A DNA stretch of 40,266 bases from Eledone cirrhosa (GCA_964016885.1 CAXHJY010000997.1:1-40266); one strand, 5' to 3'; shown: positions 12,040 through 25,267, counted from the stretch's first letter. Program-made: numbers and translations. Notes: generated by a model from the sequence alone, not told the origin.

Positions 12040-12621
12040 TTTAGCAGCATGGAATGAGTGGTCGCCACTTTAACAGGGTAGATGATTGAAGGTCGTTAGT
12101 TGCCAGTGTGGTAAGTGATAGTATCCGCGTTGGATTATCTTGTCGACATAGACGTGAGGGAAGGTCCCTCGATCTATTTACCATCTTAGTATTTACAATA
12201 TTCCTTTCGTCAGGTCGCCAATTCCAGCAGTATGGATTATAGATGTTATTGAGACACGAGTAACATAACAATGATTTCAACAGCAGAAATTAGAGATGAA
12301 ATGTATGTTTATTTTTGATGTGGCACAAACAATGTTTGTTAACTTATATGGTTGAAGTTACAGATAAAAAGAGGTTACAAAAGGGAATGTGCCATTGCGC
12401 CAAAAAGCCGGCGAGGCTAGGGTGCAAAATCTCACCGTTACATTATGCGTGTTTCTGGTTCGAAATTCCTGGTACAAGAGAGAGATTCTTCAAATCTTCG
12501 CGGGGAATTTCTTCCTCAGGGCGCGTAGGGATACATCCTCTTCTACTGGCGCTGATTGGCTGAACTGAGCCAAATCACGCACAGAGAATGTATGTGAGCC
12601 CGCGGAATGTAGGTCACTACA
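12040..12621 (-). mobile_element. Probable solo LTR
   Basis: CpG-rich ~580-bp block bounded by AT dinucleotide runs. Minus strand begins TGTAGTGACC and contains AATAAA (~12308-12313). The other end is an imperfect ctaaa instead of ctaca. No coding similarity seen. Confidence 0.5.
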
Positions 12622-12972
12622 TATATAAAGCCTCAGTTTCAATTGAAGAACAAACCTTACTGACATAACCACACATTTCTTCATCATTATAATCATCTCC
12701 ACCAGTTCGTTTTTTTTTTTTTTTTAGTGGTTGGGTTGGATAAAAATTTTTGAGGCAGAATTCCAATGTTTGATGACATTAATGATTGCAATCCTCACTC
12801 GATTGTTTTGTTTTGTTTTATGTGAGGTACAGATCTTCACAGATCAAATTACTACCAATTTCACTAACTAGACTTGAGGCTATAGTAGGGAACACTTGCC
12901 CAAGGTGACACATGTTGGAATAGAACCCAATGCTTGTGCCTTGTGTTTGAACATGTTCATGTAAAAACAATG

Positions 12973-13152
12973 TTAACCCATTTAAACCAGCCATATCCAG
13001 TCAGAATTCTCTCATCTCTTTCTGTTCAAACTGGTTGTAACCAGCCTCTCATACCGATGTTCAGGTATTGTTCTCAAAATAAATAATGTCAAAATCTCGT
13101 AGATTTGATATTATGTGAGGTAAAGCCTTTACCATGAAAATGCATACAATAG
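12973..13152 (+). mobile_element. piggyBac-type MITE end
   Basis: ttaa|cccatttaaaccagccatatccagtcagaattctctc...aaaatctcgtagatttgatattatgt is the reverse complement relative of 8676-8841. Confidence 0.7.
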
Positions 13153-14672
13153 TATATATAGAGTAATGTGAATGCTTGAGAGTTAAGCAATTTTGGATGC
13201 TACATAGCAACATTTTTTTTTACATACGTAGACTCTTTCAGTTTTGTCTGACCAGTTTGCAGTGAATATGAGACACACACACATATGAACAGCGTTTCTT
13301 ATCTCTTCCCCCACTCTTTTTTTTTTTACTCGTAATTTACTTTTTGTCCATTTTCTTTTTTCTATTTCTAATTCAATTCACCTTCTGAAAAAGCTGATTA
13401 GCTATTAATTATTCATCATGTCTACAAAACTACTCTATTCTATTACTTACCAGTCAGCAATTTATAGTAGAGGTAATGAAAAAAGAACGAACAAATTTGT
13501 TTTGGAAATATGTATTTCCTCTATCTTAATTTATTATTACCGGTGATGTTGGTTAGTATTTATATATAGATATTGAGTTCAAGCAGCCTTTTTTTTAAAA
13601 TCTATTCTTTTATAACTGCAATTATTGACATCACAATTTTCCTCTTCATTTCTATAAAAGAACTAACAGTAGGACATGATTTTGCTTTTTTTATTTTTGG
13701 GAGTTTTGGGGTCTTTTTTTTTTATATAAAGAATAAGAGGAAACACAAATCACAGTTAAGGACAGAGTTGGCAACCTGACATGCATGCTCAAGCTGGCAC
13801 ATGAAAACATTTTATTGGCATACTGGAGATATGGTTTTAGTGGGTATATATATCTTTGTATATATATATAAAAACAAAATCCCCAACCTTTGATCTCTTA
13901 GGAATGGATGTGTTGGCTTCAAAAATTGCTTGTTAAAAATATGAGGTTTGTCCCAAAAGTAAGGTACTGCTGTTTTATTTAAATGTATATTAGATGTACA
14001 TGAAATTGCAAGTTCAAAATACGACACTTGGGAAGTCAGTCGTTCTCATGTTTTCCATTGATTGCAGCAATACCAGCTGTCATTTGCCACGAGTGTCCTT
14101 ATTTTGTTGATTGCAATTTTTTGTATGTTTTCCACACTCCCAAAATGATGACACTTCAATTTCAACTTAGGACAGGTAGAAATCACATGTAGTTAGATCT
14201 GAGCTGTAAGGAGGAAGTGGAAGGAGTGGAAATATTTTTCTTCACCAGAAATTCTCTAATTGAAAGTGTTGTGTCAGCAGACACATTGTCATGGTTCTCT
14301 TTCTCTTAATTTGTAAAATATAAATATAATGATCATGATAATCTGATTCCCAAAACTCCCCCACAGGCAAGTGAGGGAATGTTTTTGTTTTTTTCCTCCA
14401 CTAGATTATCATTCTCAAAAAGGTTTGCTTCCTTTGGCTTGCAACCCCCTTGAAAATGTGTTCTGTACAAACCTTGAAAATATGTGTTCTGTACAAGTTT
14501 TGCTAACAAGGTGCAAAACTTGGCGACTTGTTAGATTTTTCATTTTCTTTTAATAATTTGTTGATGCTAAAAGAGAGGAGTGGGTTGGTGGGTAGGAGTA
14601 AGTATAACACTTGCAGGCTTTCCTAGACTGGCGATTGAGGCCAGTGTTCATGTTTAGTTTAAATTTCTGCAG

Positions 14673-14765
14673 GTTAAAGTTTCTGTGATACCACATTTCA
14701 AATACTTGAAAGATATTGTATCTGAGCAGGACAAGAGAGACCGGATTGCAGTGTCATGAGATTAT
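14673..14765 (+). other. Possible 93-nt non-coding/UTR exon
   Basis: Acceptor tttctgcag| and consensus donor |gtaagt in non-repetitive sequence. Stops in all three frames. Confidence 0.3.
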
Positions 14766-15950
14766 GTAAGTGCATTTGAGTGGGGCTGGTAGTTTTCTAT
14801 CTCAAATGTACAAAGGCCATTTTACTACCATTTTACAAAGAAATGATAGAAATTCACAGCACAATTATGAATTATGCACCTGGAAAGTTCCTTGCTAAGA
14901 TGTAGGCCTGAGCAAAGCACTTTTGTGGTAGGCCAGTAATTCCTAATGCATGTAAGTCTCCTCCACCCCACCAACATTGTCTATTGGAAAGGCAAATGTC
15001 AGTACAGTTTGGCACCATTGATGTTGCAAGTGAAATCAGAATACAGAGGTCTGAAAGAGATATAAGATATCATATCCAGCACTAACAATTTCACTAGCCT
15101 GAGTTCATATTTTATTTATCCATCCTGAAAGGATGAAAATCAAAGTTGACCATAGTAGGATTTAAACTTAGAGTGCAATGGCTGAGAATAAATACTGTAA
15201 GGCATTCAATCCAATATTTCACCAACTGCATATCTGATACCCGACACAAACCTACACATACACTTTTCAGTATATGATGCCTTCACTATCCCAGTCAGTG
15301 AAACCCTTAATGGGATCACCAAAATTTTCTGGACTGAATTATTTTCTCACCTTGTAGAGAAAAAAAAACATTTGCAGTCCATACGTACAATCTCAACTGA
15401 TATTCATGTGGAGGTTCCTCTACCACTCCCACCCAATATGCCATTAGAGAATGGGAAGTGTACCATTTGTAGGAAGTAAGACCATTAAGATGTTAATGTA
15501 ATTCTAAAGTATCCAAACCATTAGATCCTCCAAATAAATGCCATTGGATTGAAAATTGTTATTGACTTTTGAAATTTTTCCCACTAAAGTTGATAAATTA
15601 GGTATCATTAATTAATGTGAGTACCAGGCAGGCGCTGGGGTCGATTTAATCGACCCCCCCCCCCCCAAAAAAAAAAAAATTTGCTGGCCTTGTGCCTATT
15701 TAATAAACCATTAATTTATGAGAGACAAATCAGTCACCTGACCTGGCAAGTGGTTCCATCATTTCTTTGCTTACAAAAAAATGTCATTTTGTCTGTTCAT
15801 TTAAAAGAAAATATATATTGAATATCACACTCACAAGTATATATATATGTGTGTGTATACTCAGGGGAAATGGACATTAAATGATGATATATATATATTT
15901 GAAAATTTATATAGATATATACTTAATTTTATTTTTATTTTTTATTTTAG

Positions 15951-15983
15951 AAAGAAAAAAGTCAATGACCTTGAAAACCAGAG
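15951..15983 (+). CDS. Putative 33-nt microexon of an unidentified host gene
   Basis: Long T-rich tract ending ttttag|, purine-rich exon, donor GAG|gtaatt, length divisible by 3. Reads KKKVNDLENQ (phase 2-2) or RKKSMTLKTR. Confidence 0.55.
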
Positions 15984-16204
15984 GTAATTATATTTTCTTT
16001 TTTGAAAAAAAAAAACATCAACCCTGAATGAATTGCATGTTCTTTAAATATAGAAGATAAATCGTTGTTAATAAGATTTCAGACCACTAATCTCTCATCA
16101 TTAGTGTGACAATTTTTTTTATATGTACATTTAAGTTGTTTTCATTGATTTTTATCTCTGATCATCATTATGTGTCTTATTCATGTGTGTGTACATAGTA
16201 TCAG

Positions 16205-16510
16205 AAGGCAGCAGATTGGCATAGTTGTTAAAACATTAGAGTGCTTTGCAGTATTTGTTCTGATGCTCTGCACTCGGAGTTCAAATCTTGCTGCGGCTAA
16301 CCTTGTCTTTCATTCTTTCAAGGGTGATAAAATAAAGTCTAGTACTAGGGTTGATTCTTCCTCTGTCTCTCTTTCTCACTTCCTCTCTACTTCTCTGGAA
16401 GAAATTAGTGATGTTCAGACCTGATGAGGGATGGACTGTGTCGTGTTTAAAATGCTCAAGACATGCTGTATGTTAGTACAGCCCCTATGACTCCATCAGA
16501 AGTTAGGTGG
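16205..16510 (+). mobile_element. SINE family A joined to a CT-rich / hammerhead-like extension
   Basis: Family A head and body, then ttgattcttcctct...gaagaaat...cagacctgatgagggatgg...ccccta.gactccatcag, all homologous to 21493-21780. Confidence 0.7.
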
Positions 16511-18584
16511 CTATATATATACATACATAGTACCAGACCAGATTGAAACCAATACTTAATAAATGGACCTTTAACAAGTATTCTAGTTGTGCAATCTAGC
16601 CTGCTGATTAAATTAATGTATTTGTGGCTAAGTATTCTACACGTGTTCCCGTAATGTAGTTCTCGGAGATTCAGCAGGATAGTGCAACAAGGATTGGAGT
16701 TCATCTAACAGGCTTCCAAACAATTTTCACCTACCCAATTTCACTTATGGACTTCACTATGAATGCCTTGGCCAAGTGTCAGTTACTATGCCTTCAGGTC
16801 TACACAAGCTATTTCAATACTTGCTGTATAATAGTATTGAATATTCTTGTTTGCCTCAAATAACAAAACAAAGCATTGTATATTTTTTATTTCAGTTTTG
16901 TACATATTCTGACTGCCTTCTCTTCTCTCTTTCGACAAACTTTTTTTTTTTACAAATTTTTGCTCACCTGCAGGAATCTATAAATGTGTACTTAGAATAT
17001 TATATCCACAATGTTTTCACAGATACTTTAGTTGTTATTTAGTCCAGTATTGATTTTCATTCATTAATAATGAGCATTCCAGTTTATGGAAGAGTTAGAT
17101 AAGTTCAATTGCCCTTTGTCTAGGCTAAGAAGAAATATTAGTGTTGTCACTTATTATGGACAAGTAAAATAAAATAAGTATGTATCTAGGACATTATCCA
17201 AGGGATTTGACAAACCATTGCATTCATTACCAAATGTAACCTCAAAAACGAAAAGAAAATCGAGCTTTCTATGTCTGACATTATATTTTCACTTACATTG
17301 TGCCTGTACAAACTACAATAGAAATTTTAAAATATCAGCTCAGTTGTGAGCGGGTACATTTGTCACTTGTGTCAGACGGGAATATGGCTAGCTTAAAGCT
17401 GTTTGCCACTGTTTAATATTATTGTAAACATCTGCTCTTAACTAATATTTAGCAGCTTGTGTGTGTATATGTATGGTGTTGTAATTTTTTTCCATTTGCT
17501 TCACTTACATTGCTAATACCATTGGGAATAGCTATGAATATCAGACACTTACCAAATTTTCTCCCTGTCTTCTTTCAACCCTTGGTGCTATGCTTTTAGA
17601 CAAAAAAAAGAAGTGTTGTTTTTTAATTTATTACCTTCTCTAAGTAGAATTGTCAATGTTAATATAAGAATTTTCCAGAAAAAAAATGTTTGCTTTTTTG
17701 TAAAATGTCATAGATATTAATATTATAAGAAGCCTGTCTATATTGTTAATGCATCAGCATAACATGAATATTTAAAAAAATATTGCTATAAATATATAAG
17801 TATATTTGTTTTTGAAACATACTATATAGTCATCTGATGTAATGGAACTCGGGGAATACATACATGCTCAACCTGTTAGAAATAGCAGCAAGTCTCCCTC
17901 TCAAATCACACCTTCCTGGCATAATGTAATTCTGAAATAAGAGACAAGATGGTCACAATGAAATGCTTTGATCGTAAGTCAGGCAGAGGTGTTATGGTGC
18001 ATATGTGTCTACGAGGTTGCATTTCTAAAGATAGGGGTCTAGCCCTATGACATCACCATTCTTCTGGTGGTATGAGCTGGGTTTTGAACTTAGAACACAC
18101 AGCACTGAAACAGATACTTTCAAGGTATTCCAGCTGACGTTAACAACTCTGCCAAGACACTGTTCTGGGCTGGTACTTTATCAAGCATAAAAAGGATAAA
18201 AGGCAAAGTTGAATTTAGAGTGCAGAGACCTGGAACAAACACTGCAAGATATTTAATTCAATGTTCTAACAACTGTCAATAAAAAAACAACCCAGGAAGT
18301 ACACACTCCAAGCTCTCTGCAACATAGAGCAAGAGAATCAAACTGATTGCACAGTTTAGAGAACCAAAGTTCTTTTCAGAGTTCACTTAACCTGTTTCTG
18401 TGATAGCAAGAAACAACTTATGACCATATAGAAAATGTGTCAATTCACACAGGGAGTGTTAATTTGTATATTGCTGTTAACCTGACAGCTGTTTAAAAAC
18501 ATAGCATGAACATTAAACAAAAAAAAAAAATTAGTATCAGCAGAAAATTTAGAATATGTTTTTCAGTTTTATTCTCACAAGAGG

Positions 18585-18626
<42 letters not shown>

Positions 18627-19416
18627 CTGTGTTGCTTAGAAGTTTATTTTATAACTATATAGTTTTCAATTCTATTCCACTATGTGGCACTTTGGGCAAG
18701 TATCATCCTTGTGACTGAAATTTGTTGACAGTGTGCAAAGCTCATTATATATGTGTGTATGTGTTTAACTCCTTGTGCACAGGCAGTATCATTTGCTTAT
18801 GCCCTGTTATTCAGTGTTTCACTGTGCAAAGATCAGTACCTTATATTAGGGGTATCAGGCAGAGTATTCACTTGTAGAAATACTACCTCAAAAAAGAAGT
18901 GGACATAAAATTTATGACAAGGGTGATTCATATGCACATCAGTATTGCAAATTAGTTCCTTCTGTATATAAATCGTGGTTACATATGTAATTAACATGAC
19001 AATAAATAAGAAAATAAAAGTTGTTTAACCCCAGGCTAACCCTGATTCAGTATACCTGTGACAATCATATTTTTTCTCTCTGACATTATATGTAACATCG
19101 AATGTTTTTATTTTATGTTGTTTTTTTTGTGGGGATGGTATGGTGTGATTTAGGGGAGATTTGGCAATTTGGCTGTTATGTCTAATAGGTCAAGCCACCT
19201 GCAAACTATGGCCCATTTTGGCTTTATGAATGGCATGCCTAATTTCAAAATTACCCTGAACGTTTTAGTAGTGTGGCTTTAGGATGAACCATATTCCATG
19301 CAGCCCACTGCTTGAAAAAGATTGCCCATGCCTAACCTAGATTCTCCCTATTACCAACCTAAATAAAGTTCATGTGGGCAAGTGTATTCAAAGACCACAA
19401 ATTAGATCCATGTTAC

Positions 19417-19456
19417 TACCATTCACTCTTTGTTAATACCATTCACTCTTTGTTAA
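19417..19456. repeat. 20-bp perfect tandem duplication
   Basis: taccattcactctttgttaa twice. Confidence 0.9.
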
Positions 19457-20892
19457 TGTATACCATTCTTACTGACTTCAAACCTTGCTAAAATAAAAAA
19501 ATAAATATCTCTACTACTTCCATGGTGCAATATTTTGAGTCTTAGAAAAGACAATTCTAATAAAATGAAATGCCTGAAAAAATAATTTCTAATAGCTTGC
19601 ATGACTATGATTAACCCTTTTGATACCATATTTCTCATGAAAGCCACTGCCTATAGTTAAGTAGTTTGCTTCACAACCACATGGTTTCAAGTTCAATCAC
19701 ACTGTGAGACTTCAGTTTAACCCATGTTTAAACCAACCACAGTACTTGAGTGATACTTTATTTTATTTACTTCTAAAAGATAAAAAGACAATGTTGACTA
19801 GCATTGGCACAGTCAGATATATTTTGTGTATTGCAGTGAGTTGATTAAATCGGCATCAATTCTTGGTTGGGTACTTTATTTTATTTGCTTCTGTAATAAT
19901 GAATGGCAAAATTGTCTTCACCAGGATTTGAACCCAGAATATAAAGAACTAGAACAATTAGTGTATGGCATTTTGTCTGATACTCTAACGATTCTGCCAA
20001 TCTACTGCACTGAAATGAACATTACAGATCACACCTACGTAGATTTAGCTGGCCTTGTATAGTTCCTTTTATCCCCTAAGAGATCTCTTTGGTGTTTTAG
20101 TGATAGGAGGCCCAGGTCTATCATTAAGCAACATGAAATGAAGTATCTTGCTCAAGAACACAATACACCTCACAGTTTCGGAATCAAAGCCACTACCTTA
20201 TAATCATGGGTGTAACATCCTGACCACTAAGCCACATGTCTTCACAAATGTCAGAAGAAATAATAAAAATAAAAAGTTAGTTATGAAGAAGGATAAGCAG
20301 GTTTGTTCTTTCTGTATGCTTCAGTATAATAAAGATAATAATGTTGAAGAAGTAATTGAAATGGAATCGCGTTGCATAGGCTACATAACTAGTTTCCATG
20401 CAAGAATATTGTTTTGAAATGGCCAGTATCTTTAGCATTGATAAAGATAAATTATCAATAAGTCTTTTGATATAAATGTTCATAAATAACTACCATAACT
20501 GGAAATAACATTAGTTTTTTTTCATAATATTCTGTGTAATATTGAGAAAAAAACACTTCAAAAGCTATGAAATGTTAACAATCAAGATAGAATATATAGC
20601 AGTTGAGCATGTAAAAGTATGTTATTGTTTAGTACTGGATCAGTTCTGATTAAGCAGCTCTGTGATTGAAGGTGTTCCAACCATGGCAATCCTACACCAC
20701 TTCCCACACATAATGTATATACGACTACATTATTGAAAATGGTTAGATGTGATTTATGAGAGATTTGTATGCTAATTCTAGCATGTAGAACACAGATTCT
20801 CCAACCTGGGGCAAATTTATCTCTTGGTGGGTAAATTCACTCTAACCACAGTGTCACAAACCTCCAAAGTTTAGATTAAAAGCAAAAAACAA

Positions 20893-20930
20893 ATGTCTCA
20901 CTGATTGATGCATGTCTCACTGATTGATGC
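20893..20930. repeat. 19-bp perfect tandem duplication
   Basis: atgtctcactgattgatgc twice. Confidence 0.9.
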
Positions 20931-20987
20931 ATTCACATTGACTTACTATTTGATTCTAAGATATCTGTTCATCATTTGGCCATTATA

Positions 20988-21780
20988 GGCAGCAAATTGG
21001 CAAAGTCATTGGAACCTCAGGTAGAATCATCATCATCATCATCACCGTTTTACGTCCGTTCTTCCACGCTAGCATGGGTTAGACGGGTTGTCCTGTTGTG
21101 GGCAGTGTCTGGTCGGCTGACCATGCCTTGCTCATACAGGAACTGATCTGGCTTGATTTCTACAGCTGGATGCCCTTCCTAACACCAACCTCATTTACAG
21201 TGAGTGCTGGGTGCTTTTTCGTGGCGCCTACACGTCCACTTTACAGTGTGGGCTGGGTGCTTTTTTGCCGTGGCACCTCCACGGCCACCTTGCGGTGGGG
21301 GGGGGGGCATATTGTTTATATGCTTCAGCATGTACCCATGGGAGGTCGGGTACCCTGTATTACTGCGTGACGCCAGAAGTCACGGTCGTGTGTCATTCAT
21401 TGACTTTGAGAGGTGTAGTTGGGTAAGGTCGGCTTTTATCACCTCATCCCAAGTCATCTTGGGTCTCCCCACTCCGCGGTTTCCATCAACTTATGCTTTA
21501 TGGTATTCATTCCAGCTCTCTGCTCTGAGTTCAAATCCCACCAAGGTCAATTTTGCCTTTCATCCTTCCGAGGTCAATAAAAAAAAAAGTACCAGTCTAG
21601 TAATCAGGTTGATTCTTCCTCTATATCTTTTTCTCATTTCCTCTCTCTCACTTTCTATTTTTCTCTGAAGAAATCTGCTGTACTCAGACCTGGAGAGGGA
21701 CGGGCTCCACCAGCCTTAAAATGCAAAAAAAAAAACACTGTAATACGGCACCCCTACAACTCTATCAGGAGTTACAGGGT
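20988..21780 (+). mobile_element. SINE family A composite interrupted by an RTE fragment
   Basis: Head ggcagcaaattggcaaagtcattggaacctcaggtagaa stops at ~21026 and resumes at 21493 with atgcttt...ctgagttcaaatcccaccaaggtcaattttgcctttcatcc. Confidence 0.75.
21027..21492 (-). mobile_element. Young 5'-truncated RTE LINE (3' ~465 bp)
   Basis: Nearly identical to 37816-38283; I see one substitution, G-run and tail length differences and a 4-bp catt duplication. (TGA)n tail. Confidence 0.95.
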
Positions 21781-22183
21781 CATACCAAACCATTCAGCCA
21801 TTTAGTAAATGTTGTGATCAAGTAAAATCGTACAGAACAGATTTTGTTTTAAAATAGAAAAAGTATATTCTTTTTATTAGTTTTAGTCATTGAACTGCAG
21901 CCATGCTGTCACAAAGGTTTTTAGTGGATAATATTGACCACAGTATTTTGGTGTTTATTTTATTAAGGGAAGAAAGCCAGGGTTATAAAGGGAGATAACT
22001 AGATAGCCAGAAATACCATAGTATTTTTGTTTCTATGTACCCATTATTTCATCCCTTGATTGTATATTATTTTTGTTCGTATTTTTTGAGGTACAGAAAC
22101 AGGAAAGTTCTTAGTGTCATCATAATTATCATTGTAATCTCATATATGTTAATTTGTGAGATAAACAGGGACGTTAAGAGTGG

Positions 22184-22415
22184 AGCATAACATACTGCTA
22201 TACAGTCCCAGTAAGATTCAAACTCATGACCCCTGGTTTACAAGACCAGTGCCTTTTATCTAATAAATTATATTGACAGACCTACCAAACTGCAGTTCCA
22301 TTTGGTAGGTCTGTCAATATAATTTATTAGATAAAAAGCACTGGTCTTGTAAAACCAGGGCTCATGAGTGTGAATCTTACTGGGGACAAGGGACTGTATA
22401 ACAGTGTGTTATGCT
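22184..22415. repeat. Fold-back palindrome containing a tRNA-Thr(UGU)-like fragment in each arm
   Basis: Arms 22184-22289 and 22301-22415 with an 11-nt loop; innermost 36 bp perfect. The left arm (minus) reads gcactggtc-ttgtaa-accaggggtcatgagtttgaatcttactggg and the right arm carries a close variant. Confidence 0.9.
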
Positions 22416-25267
22416 GTGAGTATCCTGGTTTTTACAATACTATGACAATATCTAAGGTGACAAAAAAGGTTGGTATCAAGAAGGGTAACTGGCTGTAAAA
22501 CATTGTGAAAGCATCCTGTCCAACCCATGCCAGCATGGAAAAGTGGATGTGAAAACGATGATGATGATATTTGCCAAATTTTATTCACAAGGTTTTGCTT
22601 GGAGTGAGGCTGGAAGAAGACATTACTTGTCCAAGGTGCCAGCTGTCCAGTGAGATCGAAACTGGAATCACAATGTTTGCAAAGTAAACTTGATAACCAC
22701 ACATCCATAAATTACTGTAATCAGATATTCTCAGTCTATTAGCTTCTCTTAACAGTCTGTTAAGTTTTGTGCAATATCCTAAAAATAAACAATCTGACTT
22801 TATTGTGATTAGGCCTTGAATTGCATCACCTACCCTCTCCCACTTGACATATATGCACTTTAGAGACTTCAGATCTTACATTTATCAATATGATTTGTTT
22901 TGTCAGCTTTAGCTCAAAGCACAACAGATCATTCAATTCACCTCCCAAATAGATCTTCTTTTATCTATCTTTCAAATCAATCTTACACGTAAAAATCTTC
23001 TTTGTTGCATTGTTTGGACTACTAAGAATGTTTGATTCAATGATTGATCGATTGATTCCAAAATCATTGTTATCCACTTGATATTCTTAACGCTTCATTT
23101 CAACCTTGTAAGGAATGGATTTAGCTTATGGGGGAAACCTAACAAATCACATTTCATGTATTATTATGTCACCAAACCACTTGAATTGATAAGTTTTTAT
23201 TTTTATGTACTATATACTTACTGTGGATTTTAGCTACCAAATTCTCATCTGCACATTTCTCAAATATCTGGAAACATTTTAACTTCATGGAGTTGTGATT
23301 CAGCAGTAACTACTATTGATGACTACTAAATGGTGAAGTTCACTTTACAACCACATGGTTTCAAGGTTATATCTCACTCTATGACAACATGAGCAAGTTC
23401 CCTCTACTATTGTCTAAGGCCTGACCAATGCCTTGTGAATGAATTTGATAGATAGAAACTGTAAAGAAGCTCATTGTGTATGTGTGCATGTTTATGACTT
23501 TGTTTCTCATTAACTGTGGTTGGGCTGTCTGTGATATTTATGTCTCATATAAACAATGTCTTACAGTTCAGCAGTTCATTGTATTTTATTTTAAAACAAG
23601 TAAGAGTTGGCACCAAGCTATAGAAAACCTCTTCAAAAAGGCTTGCTCAACCTATGCCAGTATGGAAAAACAGACATAAAAATGAAGACTATATAGTTTT
23701 AAGTTTAAGTTATCTTTCTTCTCTCTTCATTTGTAAAGTGTAATTGTAACGGATAAAATAAAAGTAAGAAAAATGCATAAGAATTATTATAGGAAACCTT
23801 ACTGCTACATCTTTTTCCCTGGGCTTACCATATACTTATTTATGACACTCCATAAAGTTGCATCCCTCATTTTACATACAAGTCCTGACAGACAATGTCA
23901 CAACAAAAATGTTCTCAGTCTAAGTTGTAAAGTGGTTGGTGGTAGGAAAGGCATCCAACCAGAAAATTGCTGCCGAAAATATGAAAGTGTAATTTACAGG
24001 GAGGCAGCAACTGCCCAACCCATGTAAGCATGAAAAAACAGTCATAAAATGATGATTCCTAGCCCGATACTCAACTCATATATGTTGCAGCCTGTATTTA
24101 TCAATATTGCATATATATATACTTTAATGAAATTTTCATCAAAATATTTAGAACTAAACATCACCCCCTCATATTCTACCTAATAAAACTACTTGCAAAC
24201 ATATCCTCTGGTAGTCATTAAATTAAATATATGTTAGTGAACATTTAAAATCTCTATATTTAATAGTCATATTTTATCTATTTAATCACATGAAGCAAAA
24301 CATTTTATTAAAATTCATTATCTGCAACAACAAAATAAGTAATACACTCCTACTACCTATCTACATAATTAGATTATATAAAAGACATTTCCTGGTGTAA
24401 AACATGCATTTGGAAGCTTATCAATGAGAACAAATTCCTTATCAACACTGTACAGACAAAACACATCATGGTCTGCTCTATTTCTACATTTTTATAATAA
24501 TAATGCATGGTAACAATAATTAACTGGTTTCCTATTTTGTTCAAAGAATGTGTTTACTTACAGTAATTATATTTTGATTATCGACTAGTAAATGAATGAT
24601 TAAAATGGACTGTTACAGTATAAAGTTAAGAACCAAAAAAAAAAAAAAAATAATAAACCTTATTGACTGCTGTTTGCAATATATTTTTTTAATTGCAGTT
24701 TTATATGTTAAGTAGATTAGTTTCTTGGTTTTACATCATATTATTATGGGGACAATGTGAGAACTATACATGACTATATACAGTAATCTCTGGACAGGAT
24801 TTAGTATTATTAAATAGCTGTGGTAAATTTCTTGGATAGAATACCAACTAATTTATCACACATATATATTTCATACAGCTAGATCAAAACAATATTTTAC
24901 TGGTGTGCAAATATGTAAAAGTGTAGATAAGAGAATTTAGTCATTTCTCTTACTAATCATAAAAGTCAGGTATATCTCTAGGATCATCTCTCTTGCCTAT
25001 ATGATAAAAAGGCAATTCTTGATGTGATGTGTTGTGGGGTGTTTTTCTTTTCTTTTATTAAAGCTTATATCTAAATAAATGGGAGTTTTGTTTAGTTTTT
25101 ATCTCCTCTCTCGAACCATAATTTTTTTTTTTTTCATTCTTCTAACTAACAAAGATAATTGATCATTTTTAATGTGCTAAAAATCCCTATTATTTATTGA
25201 CCTAGTAAAACTATAATTGGAGAAAATACATTTCTTCAAGGGAGATAATGATGATAAGTGGATATAG

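Noticed and set aside
14145-14202. ATGATGA...CTGA spaced like a C/D snoRNA
   Set aside because: No terminal stem, internal boxes or recognisable guide; expected by chance in AT-rich DNA.
21098-21668. Duplicated ORFs (also 37890-38218)
   Set aside because: Antisense translations of the RTE 3' UTR and ORF end, not genes.
22337-22387. Functional tRNA-Thr gene
   Set aside because: Lacks the 5' acceptor strand and D arm and has a mutated T-loop; reported only as a fragment within the palindrome.
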